Shown here piece by piece: positions 37,470 through 47,247 of a DNA stretch of 64,000 nt; within the stretch, counting starts at the first letter, position 1; every line of letters starts with the position of its first letter. The stretch lies in NCBI GenBank assembly GCA_965263035.1, contig OZ253580.1, forward strand, positions 256,001 to 320,000, written 5' to 3'. The translations under genes were made by a program, and so were the position numbers. This DNA comes from Acidobacteriota bacterium (lineage in GTDB: Bacteria; Acidobacteriota; UBA6911; RPQK01; JAJDTT01). The notes beneath the pieces were generated by a model, which was not told the origin of the DNA, did no database searches, and was given only the letters and a program-made list of their open reading frames with translations.

Positions 37470-37480
37470 GAGGGGCGACC

Positions 37481-37613
37481 AGGAGTGGCGACTTTCTTGT
37501 CGCCTGCTCCGGACTGTACAGGGGGGACTAATCGTCCCCCCTTGCCCCCCCTGGTCGGCGACAAGAAAGTCGCCGCTCCACCCCCCAATCGGCGGCAAGA
37601 GAGTCGCCGCTCC
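37481..37613. repeat. REP cluster in the trpS/ccsA divergent spacer
   Basis: GGCGACTTTCTTGTCGCC, GGGGGGACTAATCGTCCCCCC, CGGCGACAAGAAAGTCGCCGCTCC, CGGCGGCAAGAGAGTCGCCGCTCC. Confidence 0.85.
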
Positions 37614-37678
37614 GTGACCGCCGCTCTCATTTGTAGCTCCTCATACGCCGTTCCTCTCATTCGCTATAATAGCGCGCT

Positions 37679-38482
37679 GTGAGTGCCCTTCTTTTCAATA
37701 CCGCCTTTGCATTTTATGTGGCCGGACTCGGCATCAGCACGCTGGTCTTCTTCTCCAACAAGACGGCCCTCTTCCGGATTGCGGTCATTACGGTGGGAAT
37801 CGGCTTCGGGCTGCATTCCGGCTTCCTCATCGCTTCCGCCGTGGAGACGGCACGCTTCCCGCTCACCGGTCTTCGCGATTCGTTGGCGTTCTTCGCCTGG
37901 ACCGTCTCCCTTTGCTTTTTCGTTTCCTACGTCAGGTACCGGATCCGGGCCCTGAGCACTTTTCTGCTGCCGGCGGTGGCGGCACTGATGCTGGGAACGG
38001 TCTTTCTGAAGGCCTCCCCCATAACGCCCATGCTTCGCAGCGCCTGGCTCTACGTGCATACCCCGCTCATGTTTCTGGCCTACGGCATGTTTCTGGTCAC
38101 CTTCGTGGCGGGCGCCCTCTACGTGTTCCAGGAACGGGAGCTCAAGTACAAGAAACCCAAGACCTTCTACTACCAGCTCCCTTCCCTGACCACGCTGGAC
38201 GACCTTTTCCTGAAGTTCCTGGTGGCCGGCTTCTGCTTCATGACCGCCGGACTCCTGACCGGGATCGTCTGGGCCGAGCAGGACTGGGTCAACGGATGGC
38301 ACAAGGATCCCAAGGTCATTTCGGCCATGGTCACCTGGTGCATCTATCTGGCTCTGATCTACCTGCGGCTGACGGCGGGTTGGCGAGGAAAGAGAGCCGC
38401 GGTGGTGAGCATGGCCGGATTCCTGTGGGTGCTGTTCACCTATTTGGGCGCCAGCTACTTTGGAGGCCTACACCAGTTCTAG
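37679..38482 (+). CDS. ccsA: Cytochrome c biogenesis protein CcsA/HemX family
   Basis: Polytopic membrane protein, WLYVH, GIVWA...WHKDPK, GWRGKRAA; upstream of hemA. Confidence 0.88.
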   Translation: MSALLFNTAFAFYVAGLGISTLVFFSNKTALFRIAVITVGIGFGLHSGFLIASAVETARFPLTGLRDSLAFFAWTVSLCFFVSYVRYRIRALSTFLLPAVAALMLGTVFLKASPITPMLRSAWLYVHTPLMFLAYGMFLVTFVAGALYVFQERELKYKKPKTFYYQLPSLTTLDDLFLKFLVAGFCFMTAGLLTGIVWAEQDWVNGWHKDPKVISAMVTWCIYLALIYLRLTAGWRGKRAAVVSMAGFLWVLFTYLGASYFGGLHQF

Positions 38483-38515
38483 CCCCTCCAATTGCGGAGC
38501 GGAGAGATCTCGAAC

Positions 38516-39781
38516 ATGCATCCTGTGCTGGTCGGACTGAGCCACAAGACGGCTCCCATCGAGATTCGGGAACAGGTCGCCTTCCGCGAGGAAGCGGTCG
38601 CGTCCGCCCTGGCGACGTTGCGCCGGGAATACCAGCTACGGGAGAGCATGATCCTGTCGACCTGCAATCGGGTCGAGATTCTGGCCCAGGGTGGAGACGA
38701 CAAAGAGGCCATCCACGGCATCAAGGACTTCCTGCACCGCTACCACTCGCTGGAGCCCGATTCGCTGGAACATTACCTGTACGCCCTGAGAGAGCAGGAT
38801 GCAGTCGTGCACGTGTTCCGGGTGGCCAGCAGCCTCGACTCCATGATTCCGGGAGAGGCCCAGATCCTGGGACAGTTGAAACAGGCGTACGCCGTGTCGG
38901 GTCAGGCGGGAGCCGCGGGAACGGCGTTGAAAACCCTTCTTCCATCGTCGTTTCGGGTCGCCAAACGGGTCCGGACCGATACCGGAATCTCCCAATCCGC
39001 GGTCTCGGTGAGCTCCGTGGCGGTGGAACTGGCCCGAAAGATCTTCGGGAGTCTCAAGAGCAAGTCGGTTCTTCTCCTGGGGGCGGGCAAGATGGCCGAA
39101 CTGGCCACCCGCAGCCTGGTCCGCTCCGGGATCTCCCGGGTCTTCGTCGCCAGCCGGACCGAGGCCCGGTCCCGGCAACTGGCTTCCCTGTTCGGCGCGA
39201 CGTCCATTCCCATGGCGGACCTGGAGGAACGCCTCCCCGAATCGGACATCCTCCTGGTCTCCACCAGCTCCGACTCCTACGTCCTGGGACCTGAAGCCGT
39301 CGACACCGCGGTCCACCGGCGCAAGTACGCACCCTTGTTCATCATCGACATCGCGGTGCCCAGGAACGTGGACCCGCGGGTGAACCAGATCGAGAACGTC
39401 TTCCTTTACGACATCGATGATCTGCAGACGGTGATCGGCGCCAATCTGCGAGAACGCCGGCGCGAGGCCGAGTTGGCCGAGGAGATCGTCTTGCAGGAAT
39501 CCGAGCGCCACATGCAGCGCGTCGCCTCCATGAGCCTGGGGCCGCTCATCGCCGGCCTCCGTGGCCGCATCGAAGAGATCTGCCTGGCTCAACTGGAACC
39601 GAGCCGCCAGGGAATGACCGACGCCGATTCCGACCGGATGGAACAGATTCTTCGCCAGACGGCCCGCCGGATCGCGCACCCCATCATCATGGAGATCAAG
39701 GCGCCGGCCCAGGACCCGCAACGGCGATTGCACAACATCCAGATGATCAAGCAGGCATTCGGTCTGGACAAAGGGGAATGA
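38516..39781 (+). CDS. hemA: Glutamyl-tRNA reductase
   Basis: GLSHKTAP, STCNRVE, GEAQILGQ, GAGKMA, DIAVPRN. Confidence 0.97.
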   Translation: MHPVLVGLSHKTAPIEIREQVAFREEAVASALATLRREYQLRESMILSTCNRVEILAQGGDDKEAIHGIKDFLHRYHSLEPDSLEHYLYALREQDAVVHVFRVASSLDSMIPGEAQILGQLKQAYAVSGQAGAAGTALKTLLPSSFRVAKRVRTDTGISQSAVSVSSVAVELARKIFGSLKSKSVLLLGAGKMAELATRSLVRSGISRVFVASRTEARSRQLASLFGATSIPMADLEERLPESDILLVSTSSDSYVLGPEAVDTAVHRRKYAPLFIIDIAVPRNVDPRVNQIENVFLYDIDDLQTVIGANLRERRREAELAEEIVLQESERHMQRVASMSLGPLIAGLRGRIEEICLAQLEPSRQGMTDADSDRMEQILRQTARRIAHPIIMEIKAPAQDPQRRLHNIQMIKQAFGLDKGE

Positions 39782-40716
39782 GACGAATCCGCGTGGGGTC
39801 GCGCGGCAGCCCCCTGGCGCTGCGGCAGGCCGAGATCGTCTGCCATGAGCTGGAGCGGCGCCACCCCGATGTCGAAACCGGGATCCGGGTGATCCGGACC
39901 AGCGGAGACCAGCCGCGGCCCGAACCGCAGTTTACGGGACTCTCGGTGAAGCGGATGTTCGTCAAGGAGATCGAGGACGCCCTTTTGAAGGAAGAGATCG
40001 ATCTGGCGATCCACAGCCTCAAGGACCTGCCCTCCGAGCTGCCTCATGGGCTCTGCCTGGCCGCCATTCCCGAACGCGAGGATCCGCGCGACGCATTGGT
40101 CTCGTCAGCCCGGATCGGATGCCCGGAGGAGATCCCACGGAACGGCCGGATCGGCACCAGCTCGCTTCGGCGGACCGTCCAGTTGAGGCTCCTGCGGCCC
40201 GATCTGGAGATTGTCCCGCTGCGGGGGAACGTGGGGACGCGAATCCGGAAGATGGAGGAGCAGCGCCTGGACGGGATCGTCCTGGCGGCGGCCGGTCTCA
40301 AGCGCCTCGGTCTGGAAGACCGGATCGCCTTCACCTTCTCTCAGGACGAGATGTTGTCCGCCATCGGTCAGGGCGCCCTGGCCGTGGAATGCCGGTGCGA
40401 CGACCGGCAGACCCGGGAGTTGCTGGCTTCCATCGACCATCCTCCAACCCGCGCCTGCACCGATGCCGAACGCCGGTTCCTGGAGCGGATGGGCGGAGGC
40501 TGCCAGGTCCCCATGGGGGCGTATGCTTCCCTCACGTCCGAGGGCGGCAAATTTCACGCCCTTCTGGCGAGCCCTTCCCGGTCCGTCAGCCTCCGTTACC
40601 GCAGCCACGGATCCGAAGAAGAGCTTTCGCAGATGGCCCTGGACGCCGCCGAGTCGATCCTCTCCCGGGGTGGCGACGAAATCCTGCGGGAACTGGAGGA
40701 AGGGGGCCCGGTGTGA
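39778..40716 (+). CDS. hemC: Hydroxymethylbilane synthase
   Basis: GSRGSPLA, HSLKDLP, GTSSLRR, RGNVGTR, GGCQVP. Confidence 0.97.
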   Translation: MRRIRVGSRGSPLALRQAEIVCHELERRHPDVETGIRVIRTSGDQPRPEPQFTGLSVKRMFVKEIEDALLKEEIDLAIHSLKDLPSELPHGLCLAAIPEREDPRDALVSSARIGCPEEIPRNGRIGTSSLRRTVQLRLLRPDLEIVPLRGNVGTRIRKMEEQRLDGIVLAAAGLKRLGLEDRIAFTFSQDEMLSAIGQGALAVECRCDDRQTRELLASIDHPPTRACTDAERRFLERMGGGCQVPMGAYASLTSEGGKFHALLASPSRSVSLRYRSHGSEEELSQMALDAAESILSRGGDEILRELEEGGPV

Positions 40717-41516
40717 GACCACCACTGGAAGGACGGAGGATCCTGGTGACCCGAAGCCGCAGCCAAGTGGGGGAGTTCTCCCGGCTTCTGCGGCACGCGG
40801 GAGCTGACGTGGTGGAGATCCCGGCCATCGAGATCGTCCCCCGGCCCCATCGGGAGCTTGATCCTTGCATCTCTCGGACCCACCGTTTCGACTGGCTCTT
40901 TTTCACCAGCGTCAACGGCGCGGAGATCTTCCTCTCGCGCGCCCGCGAGTTGGACTCGCCGTTGCCCGGGAAAGACGGCACGTCCCCCAGAATCTGCGCC
41001 ATCGGACCGGCCACGGCCCGGAGAGTGGAACAATTCGGCTGGGAGGTTCACCTGGTGCCGGAGCGTTACCAGGCAGAGGGTGTGCTGGAGGCGTTTCTGG
41101 AACGTCACTCGAACCGGATCGAAGGCCTGAGCATCCTGATTCCGAGAGCCAGCCAAGCCCGCTCCCTGTTGCCCCGGGAACTGAGCCGGCACGGCGCTCA
41201 CGTGGAAGTCGTTCCCGTCTACGACACGGTGGTCCCGGAAGAGAGTCGATTGGCGCTCAAGCAGGCCCTCGCCGCAGGCGCACCGGATCTCATCACCTTC
41301 ACCAGTTCCTCAACGGTTCGCCATCTGCTGAATCTGGCGAGGGACCCGGACCGAGTCCGGTCCGTTCCCTGCGCGGCAATCGGACCGATCACCGCGGCCA
41401 CGGCCCGCGAGCATGGATTCCAAGTGGCCGTTGAATCCCAGGAATCCACCATCCCGGGGCTTTTCGACACCATTTGCGGATATTGCGATTGGAAGGCTGA
41501 CCGGAGCAGACCTTGA
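40713..41516 (+). CDS. hemD: Uroporphyrinogen-III synthase
   Basis: ILVTR, FTSVNG, AIGPATA, FTSSSTV; GTG start overlaps the hemC stop. Confidence 0.92.
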   Translation: MRPPLEGRRILVTRSRSQVGEFSRLLRHAGADVVEIPAIEIVPRPHRELDPCISRTHRFDWLFFTSVNGAEIFLSRARELDSPLPGKDGTSPRICAIGPATARRVEQFGWEVHLVPERYQAEGVLEAFLERHSNRIEGLSILIPRASQARSLLPRELSRHGAHVEVVPVYDTVVPEESRLALKQALAAGAPDLITFTSSSTVRHLLNLARDPDRVRSVPCAAIGPITAATAREHGFQVAVESQESTIPGLFDTICGYCDWKADRSRP

Positions 41517-41734
41517 AGGAGTCCGCACTCGACCACATATCCGTCGACAGCTTTCCTGATGGCTTCGATTCGATGGTTCCAGTTGCGCTCACACGCGAAT
41601 CAGAATTCCGCGTCGCGGAACGAACAACATAGGCCCCCAGGGCCAACCGATATCGATCCTCTACGACAAATGGCGCGGACTGGTAAACTTCGAGAAACGT
41701 TGGAAACCGGGCCAACGCCCGAAGGAGATTCGTC

Positions 41735-41983
41735 ATGCAGACAGATGTGGTGCAAGGGCGCGTTTCCCCTCAAGAGCAATCATCGGGGACATCGTCCGAT
41801 CTGACCGATGAGGCTCGTTTGCGCACCGCGAGGTGGGCATTTCGGCGTTTCTATGGGCAGTGTTTCTGGTACCTGCGCGCTGACCTAGAAATAACGCTCG
41901 CAGACCTGCCAATGATTGTCGATGGTCTGAGAAAGAACGGCGGCCATTCCGGATTTCTGCTAGCCGCGAAGCTATGCCGCTAA
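41735..41983 (+). CDS. Small hypothetical protein, putative antitoxin
   Basis: RBS AAGGAG; 82 aa; 10-bp overlap with the downstream nucleotidyltransferase. Confidence 0.7.
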   Translation: MQTDVVQGRVSPQEQSSGTSSDLTDEARLRTARWAFRRFYGQCFWYLRADLEITLADLPMIVDGLRKNGGHSGFLLAAKLCR

Positions 41984-42774
41984 CCTCTTCGCAAGCCGAA
42001 ATTCTGCGCCAGATCGCCGCCAATCGTAGTCCGGAAAGCTACGTTGCGGGCGCTACGGTCCTCCATCGAGATGCCGATTCGCCACGTTTCTCGGAAGATA
42101 TCGATCTATTCCACGACTTGGAAGACAGCATCGCCCAGAGCGCGGCGGCGGATGCTAAATCGCTTCGGCATGCTGGATACGCGTTCTCATGGATACTGCG
42201 CACCCCGACGTTCCAACGAGTTGTTGTAGAAATTGCGGATCAGCATCTGAAAATGGAATGGGCCTACGACAGCGCCTTCCGCTTTTTTCCGGTCCAAAAG
42301 GACGACCTCTGCGGTTATCGGCTACACGACGCCGACGCTGCGACCAACAAGGTCCTGGCCTTGGCGGGACGCAGTGAGATCCGTGACTTCGTGGATGTGT
42401 TGCACCTGCACGACACGTATCTTTCGCTCGGCGGTCTGGTATGGGCGGCCAGCGGCAAAGACCCCGGCTATACCCCGGAGTTTCTGCTGGATCAGATGGG
42501 ACGGCATGCCGCGTATCGACAGGTGGATCTCGATCGTCTCAGTTTGAGGGAACCGCTTGATCTCAGGATGCTTAAGCTGCGCTGGATTGTGGCGGTCGAT
42601 GCGGCCGCAGCGACCGTGAGCAAGCTCCCTCCTGAAGAGGTGGGCTGTCTCTATCTCGGACCGGATCTACGGCCTCGGACGCCTGATCCGAACTCGCCCG
42701 ACTTTCCCCGGCTGACACGCCACTACGGCCGCGTTCGCGGGGCTTGGCCGACCCTTTCGCCGTACCAAGGGTGA
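41974..42774 (+). CDS. AbiEii/AbiGii-like nucleotidyltransferase (putative type IV TA toxin)
   Basis: YVAGATVL, RFSEDIDLF, NKVLALAGRSEIRDFVD. Confidence 0.75.
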   Translation: MPLTSSQAEILRQIAANRSPESYVAGATVLHRDADSPRFSEDIDLFHDLEDSIAQSAAADAKSLRHAGYAFSWILRTPTFQRVVVEIADQHLKMEWAYDSAFRFFPVQKDDLCGYRLHDADAATNKVLALAGRSEIRDFVDVLHLHDTYLSLGGLVWAASGKDPGYTPEFLLDQMGRHAAYRQVDLDRLSLREPLDLRMLKLRWIVAVDAAAATVSKLPPEEVGCLYLGPDLRPRTPDPNSPDFPRLTRHYGRVRGAWPTLSPYQG

Positions 42775-42795
42775 TGGCTCCCTTCGGAGGTAAGA

Positions 42796-42820
42796 GGACA
42801 CCCACAAGGGATGCCGCTAC
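42796..42820 (-). repeat. GTAG-type REP
   Basis: GGACACCCACAAGGGATGCCGCTAC; sibling GGGCACCCACGAGGGGTGCCCCTGC at 45925-45949. Confidence 0.6.
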
Positions 42821-42902
42821 GGATATCCGGGATTGTCCGACGTGATGCCTGCTGGTCCAAGGATTGAGGCTGGGCCGAAATCCACTGAAAAAGCCACCCC
42901 GC

Positions 42903-43748
42903 CTACCTCCTGAACCGGACGTTCAGCGTCAGCTCGCTGGCGACGATTTCCCCCTTGGAGATGGCCGGCAGGAAGCGCCACGAGTTCCGGATCGTATCGA
43001 GGGCCATCTGGTCCAGCTTCTCGTCGATGCCCTCGACCACTTCCAGATCATAGACACCTCCCCAGGGACTGACCATGATGCTTACGACCACCACCACTGG
43101 ATCTTTCAGGTGGGCGGCATGGCTGGGCAGTTGCGGTTCGGAGCCCTCCGCCAGAACGGTCGGAATGACCTCGGAGTCTGGAAAGTATCCGCGGAGCCGG
43201 GCGCCCACCTCCGACGCCTTGTGAAGAACGCCATACCCGCGGTTGAACCCGACGTCCCGCACCATGGCGGCCGAATTGGCCGCCTCCAGATCCAACTCGG
43301 ACACCATGGCGGCCAACTGGTCGAACTGTTCCTCGTTCAGGGGCTCCAGTTCCAGAATGCGCCCGCCCACCTTGAGGTAGCACTCTTCGGGAGGTGTCGC
43401 GAACTGATACCGCCCCGCGATGTTGTATCCCAGGAAGGAGCGGGGCTTGATCAGACCGCTCACCTGGTAGGCCTCTCTCGGGCTGGGCGGATCCTCCCGG
43501 ACGATCAGGTGTCCCCGGCCGGTTCGGCCACCGGCGTCCACCAGCACCAACTCGTGAGCCCGCACCGCTTCGAAGCTGTCTCCCAGGTTGATGAAATTGA
43601 GAATCGCCATCCCGGGGTCCAGCAACTCCACCGTCACGACACGTTGATCGGACAGATAGAGGAAGTATCGGGACCCCTCTGCAGCGATGGAACCTCCGGC
43701 GAGGGCCCAGACCATCAGTCCCAGAAACATTCCCGGCCTCTTCCACAT
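42903..43748 (-). CDS. Exported protein with C-terminal TonB_C domain
   Basis: Signal peptide; LDQMALDTIRNSWRFLPAISKGEIV...VRF. Confidence 0.75.
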   Translation of the reverse strand: MWKRPGMFLGLMVWALAGGSIAAEGSRYFLYLSDQRVVTVELLDPGMAILNFINLGDSFEAVRAHELVLVDAGGRTGRGHLIVREDPPSPREAYQVSGLIKPRSFLGYNIAGRYQFATPPEECYLKVGGRILELEPLNEEQFDQLAAMVSELDLEAANSAAMVRDVGFNRGYGVLHKASEVGARLRGYFPDSEVIPTVLAEGSEPQLPSHAAHLKDPVVVVVSIMVSPWGGVYDLEVVEGIDEKLDQMALDTIRNSWRFLPAISKGEIVASELTLNVRFRR

Positions 43749-43802
43749 ATGCCAGCTCTCCCTGATCCGGAATTCTAACCGGTAACCAAATCTCGCTGTC
43801 CC

Positions 43803-43830
43803 TGAACCCAATTCGCGGCCCCCTAGTCTA
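43803..43830 (+). promoter_or_regulatory. ECF sigma (sigmaE-like) promoter candidate
   Basis: TGAACC-N16-AGTCTA, 27 bp before the next start codon. Confidence 0.6.
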
Positions 43831-43857
43831 GATAGATGGAATCAGGAAGACGAAAGG

Positions 43858-45738
43858 TTGCGACAAATCTCGGGCACTCCAATTCCACTCCTTATCGCCA
43901 CTCTGCTCCTGACTTCCGCCTCCTGGGCATCCGAATCCACCGGGGAGCAACTGCTGTCGGTGGCGCCGGGTGGAACTCTCCAGGTCCACAACGACTTCGG
44001 GCGGACGTTCATCCGAGGATGGGACGGCGACCGGGTCAAGCTCCAGTTTCGGAAGATGGCTTCCGATCCGAATCGTTTGGACAAGATCACCCTCAAGACC
44101 CGGGAAGGCCCGGAACAGACCCGGATCTCGGTTCGATTTGACGATCACGTGTCCGAATCCGCCTACCTGGAGATTCATGCTCCACGCTCGCTCGGCATCC
44201 TGGTGTGGGGAACCCATAGTGCCATCGAACTCCACGGGTTGGAAGGTCCGGTGCAGGCCTGGACACTCTCCGGACTGCTGACCTCGGAGGACGTGACCTC
44301 TTCCGTATCTCTTCGCAGCCAGAGCGGCGACATCCTCTTTCGGACCCGAACCCAACCCCACGGCGACATCCGTCTGGAGTCGTTCGGGGGAAAAATTACC
44401 TGCCAACTGAGCCCGGATCTCGATCTCCGTGGATGGATCCGAGCCGGTGGCACCCTCTCCTGGAACGGGGAACTGGAGCTGCGGAACGGATCGCTGCAGA
44501 GGAACCTGGGGGTCGGAGGACCGCTTCTCTACGCCAGCAGTCTCAGCGGCAACGTGCTCTGTAAAATCTTCCGGCCCGACGGCATTCGTTCGCGGCCGGA
44601 AAGAGTCGACCGGGTGCCGGTCGAACGAGTGCTGCCCCCGGCCGGAGTCCAACCTATTTCCCATGTCCCGGAGGCGAAACAGGAACCGGACGTTCCGCCG
44701 CCGGTTCCGGAGAACGCGCCGACCCGCGTATTTTCCGAGAATGAGCGATCCGGCGGCCCGGAATCCGATCCGAAACCGGCTTCCGGTCCCGGGTACGCTC
44801 TCAAGGTCCTGGTGAACTGGGTCAACCTGAACGTCTCCGTTCGGGACCCGAGGAACAACCGGAGCGTCTCGAACCTGACCCGGGACGACTTCCTGGTCTA
44901 CGAGGATGACGTGCTCCAGACCGTCGAGAAGTTCGAACCCACCGAGGCTCCGTTTCGGGTGCTTCTGCTGCTGGACGTGAGCGGTAGCACCCGGCCCCAT
45001 CTGGACCTGCTCCGAAGGGCCTCGGCCGATTTCTCCCGCGAGATCAAGACCAACGACCAGATCGCGGTGGCCACCTTCAACTCCCGAAGTTGGCTGATTC
45101 TTCCCTTCACCAGCGATCGCGAGAAGGTCCGTACCGCCATCGACGGGATCTACTCCGGCGGCGGGACGGCGCTTTATGACGCCCTCATGGACTCGCTGAA
45201 CGAGTACTCGGACGAAAGCCACGCCCGCCAGGCAATCGTGGTCTTTACCGACGGCGTCGACAACCAGCTCACCGGAAACCACACCGAGGGTTCCCGCACC
45301 ACGTTCCCGCAATTGTTCGGAGAGATCCGGGATTCGGATTCCCTGATCTACCCCATCTTCCTGGACCACCGGAACAATGTGGGCCGAAGGCCGCGCGGAA
45401 TGGCGGGGGTCCTGCTCCAGAAGATTCCACGGGGCAGGCGTCCAGCCATCTCCATCAAGCAACAGGACCGGAACGTCTACCGCCAGGCACGAAGACAGCT
45501 GACGAGCATCGCCGACCAGACCGGCGCCCGATTCTACTCGCCCCGCCGGATCCAGGAGCTGTCTCCCATCTTTTCAGAGATCGCACACGATCTCCGGGTG
45601 CGCTATCTGCTGGCCTACACGGTCCCCCAGCCGCAACGGAACCGGTCCTGGCGCTCCATCCGGGTCGAGATCCGGGATCGTCCGGACCTGGTGACCCGCA
45701 CGCGACAAGGCTACTACTCAGGTTCGGGCTCGAACTGA
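43858..45738 (+). CDS. DUF4097-like beta-repeat domain fused to an Acidobacteria-type VWA domain
   Basis: Signal peptide; SG-repeat segments (TLSG, SQSGDI, SFGGKI, SLSGNV); Pro-rich linker; DVSGS, TALYDA, FTDG. Confidence 0.85.
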   Translation: MRQISGTPIPLLIATLLLTSASWASESTGEQLLSVAPGGTLQVHNDFGRTFIRGWDGDRVKLQFRKMASDPNRLDKITLKTREGPEQTRISVRFDDHVSESAYLEIHAPRSLGILVWGTHSAIELHGLEGPVQAWTLSGLLTSEDVTSSVSLRSQSGDILFRTRTQPHGDIRLESFGGKITCQLSPDLDLRGWIRAGGTLSWNGELELRNGSLQRNLGVGGPLLYASSLSGNVLCKIFRPDGIRSRPERVDRVPVERVLPPAGVQPISHVPEAKQEPDVPPPVPENAPTRVFSENERSGGPESDPKPASGPGYALKVLVNWVNLNVSVRDPRNNRSVSNLTRDDFLVYEDDVLQTVEKFEPTEAPFRVLLLLDVSGSTRPHLDLLRRASADFSREIKTNDQIAVATFNSRSWLILPFTSDREKVRTAIDGIYSGGGTALYDALMDSLNEYSDESHARQAIVVFTDGVDNQLTGNHTEGSRTTFPQLFGEIRDSDSLIYPIFLDHRNNVGRRPRGMAGVLLQKIPRGRRPAISIKQQDRNVYRQARRQLTSIADQTGARFYSPRRIQELSPIFSEIAHDLRVRYLLAYTVPQPQRNRSWRSIRVEIRDRPDLVTRTRQGYYSGSGSN

Positions 45739-45924
45739 AGACCCTTGGTAGCAATCCCGGGTAGCGTCGGGCCGACGCGGCCGTTTATCTTTCGTCTGGA
45801 AGACGCGACGCCTGCGGTCGCCCCCGGGGGCGCCGCGAACGCTATCACCCGATCAAGCCGCCGATACTGGCACACGGGGTCCGGGCGCGGACTTCGGTGA
45901 GTCGCGAATGTTCGGAGATAAAGA

Positions 45925-46104
45925 GGGCACCCACGAGGGGTGCCCCTGCGGATTGCGGATGCGACCCGTCGTGATGGGTGATCGAAGAATTCGGCGGCAA
46001 TCGCGGAGGAATCGCCCGTGGATCAATGACAAAAGACAGGTGCAGGGGCTTTTCAGCCCTCGATTTCGGGGGGATCGGAGGGGGGGCAAGACTGTCCCCC
46101 CTCC
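45925..46104. repeat. REP-like palindromes in a convergent spacer
   Basis: GGGCACCCACGAGGGGTGCCC and GGAGGGGGGGCAAGACTGTCCCCCCTCC. Confidence 0.6.
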
Positions 46105-46119
46105 AATTGTGCGGCGCCG

Positions 46120-47037
46120 TCAGGCGGCCGGTACCGTGAGATAGCCGGCGACCTGATTCCGGACGATACGCGTGATCACCACTTCGTAGGGCTTTTCGAC
46201 CCCCTCCACGAAGAAATAGACGGGCTCGTTGGCGTATTGGTGCTTCTTCCGGATCCGATTTCGTCCCACGTAGATGTCCAGATCGAACCGCTGCTTCCTG
46301 GCATTGGCGTCCCGCAGATTCAGGTGAACGTCGAAGACCTTGATGAACCCTCCCTTTTCCTGCAGCTCGAACTCGATCCTTTCCCGCTCCAGCGACCGGG
46401 AGAGCTGTGACAAGCGCTCGCCGGTGGCGTCCAGATCGCGGTCCAAACGGTCCAGCCTCCGCTTCGAATTGGCCAGGCCGGCCCGGTTGACGCCGGTGAT
46501 CTCCTTCAGATTGGTCAGACCGGACGAGACCTTGTCCACCTTCTTCCGGATGCCTTGGTTCTCTTTCCGGATCCCCTCGTTTTCCCCTTGGAGCTTCGTG
46601 ATCTCCTCCCGGTCCGCCTTGTTCACGGTCAGCGACTTCAGGCCCAGAGTCTGCTGCTCCTGCTCCGACTTCAGTCCCTGGAACAGATTCCGGTACTGAC
46701 TCAGTTCCTTATCCTGGGATTGGATGTGGCTCCCGCGCGTGGCGGCTCCCTCCTCCAGCGTTCGAATCTTTTCGCCGGAGCTCTCCAGGGTTCGTTTCAT
46801 CTGATCCAAGCGCATCTCGCTCTCGGTCAGGTCCCGGTTGAGACGCTGCATCTCCTGCTGCGTGTCCCAGAAGACGTACGCCCCCAGGCCCAGGCCAACG
46901 CCGACCATCATCCAGATCACCGCTCCGGCCAGGCGATCCGTCCGGGGTCGAGACGGAACCGGCTCCCGGTCGGGGTCTCCGCCCACCGCCGCCAGCAACG
47001 GATCCGCAAACTGTTTCCTATCATCCCATTTATCCAT
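46120..47037 (-). CDS. Membrane-anchored coiled-coil hypothetical protein
   Basis: RBS GGAGG, one TM, long heptad region, beta-rich C-terminal domain. Confidence 0.8.
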   Translation of the reverse strand: MDKWDDRKQFADPLLAAVGGDPDREPVPSRPRTDRLAGAVIWMMVGVGLGLGAYVFWDTQQEMQRLNRDLTESEMRLDQMKRTLESSGEKIRTLEEGAATRGSHIQSQDKELSQYRNLFQGLKSEQEQQTLGLKSLTVNKADREEITKLQGENEGIRKENQGIRKKVDKVSSGLTNLKEITGVNRAGLANSKRRLDRLDRDLDATGERLSQLSRSLERERIEFELQEKGGFIKVFDVHLNLRDANARKQRFDLDIYVGRNRIRKKHQYANEPVYFFVEGVEKPYEVVITRIVRNQVAGYLTVPAA

Positions 47038-47099
47038 TTCGATCCTCCGTGAATACTGGTTGAGACCTCATCAGATCGACCTCGATCTGCATGTTTGGA

Positions 47100-47127
47100 T
47101 AGACGACGGCCGGTTCCGGAAGGTTCA
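47100..47127 (-). promoter_or_regulatory. ECF sigma (sigmaE-like) promoter candidate
   Basis: Minus strand TGAACC-N16-CGTCTA, 62 bp before ATG 47037. Confidence 0.6.
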
Positions 47128-47247
47128 GACGCGTGGAAATCGCCGTGTGCTCCTGTCTATATCCGAAAAGAGAGACGCCGGCGGGTTCGGATCGCGCGGC
47201 GACTCTCACGCCCGAATGACACCGACTTGTATAGAATAGATTCCCTG

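Noticed and set aside
46549-46590. ENEGIRK-ENQGIRK 21-bp duplication
   Set aside because: Ordinary heptad duplication within a coiled coil
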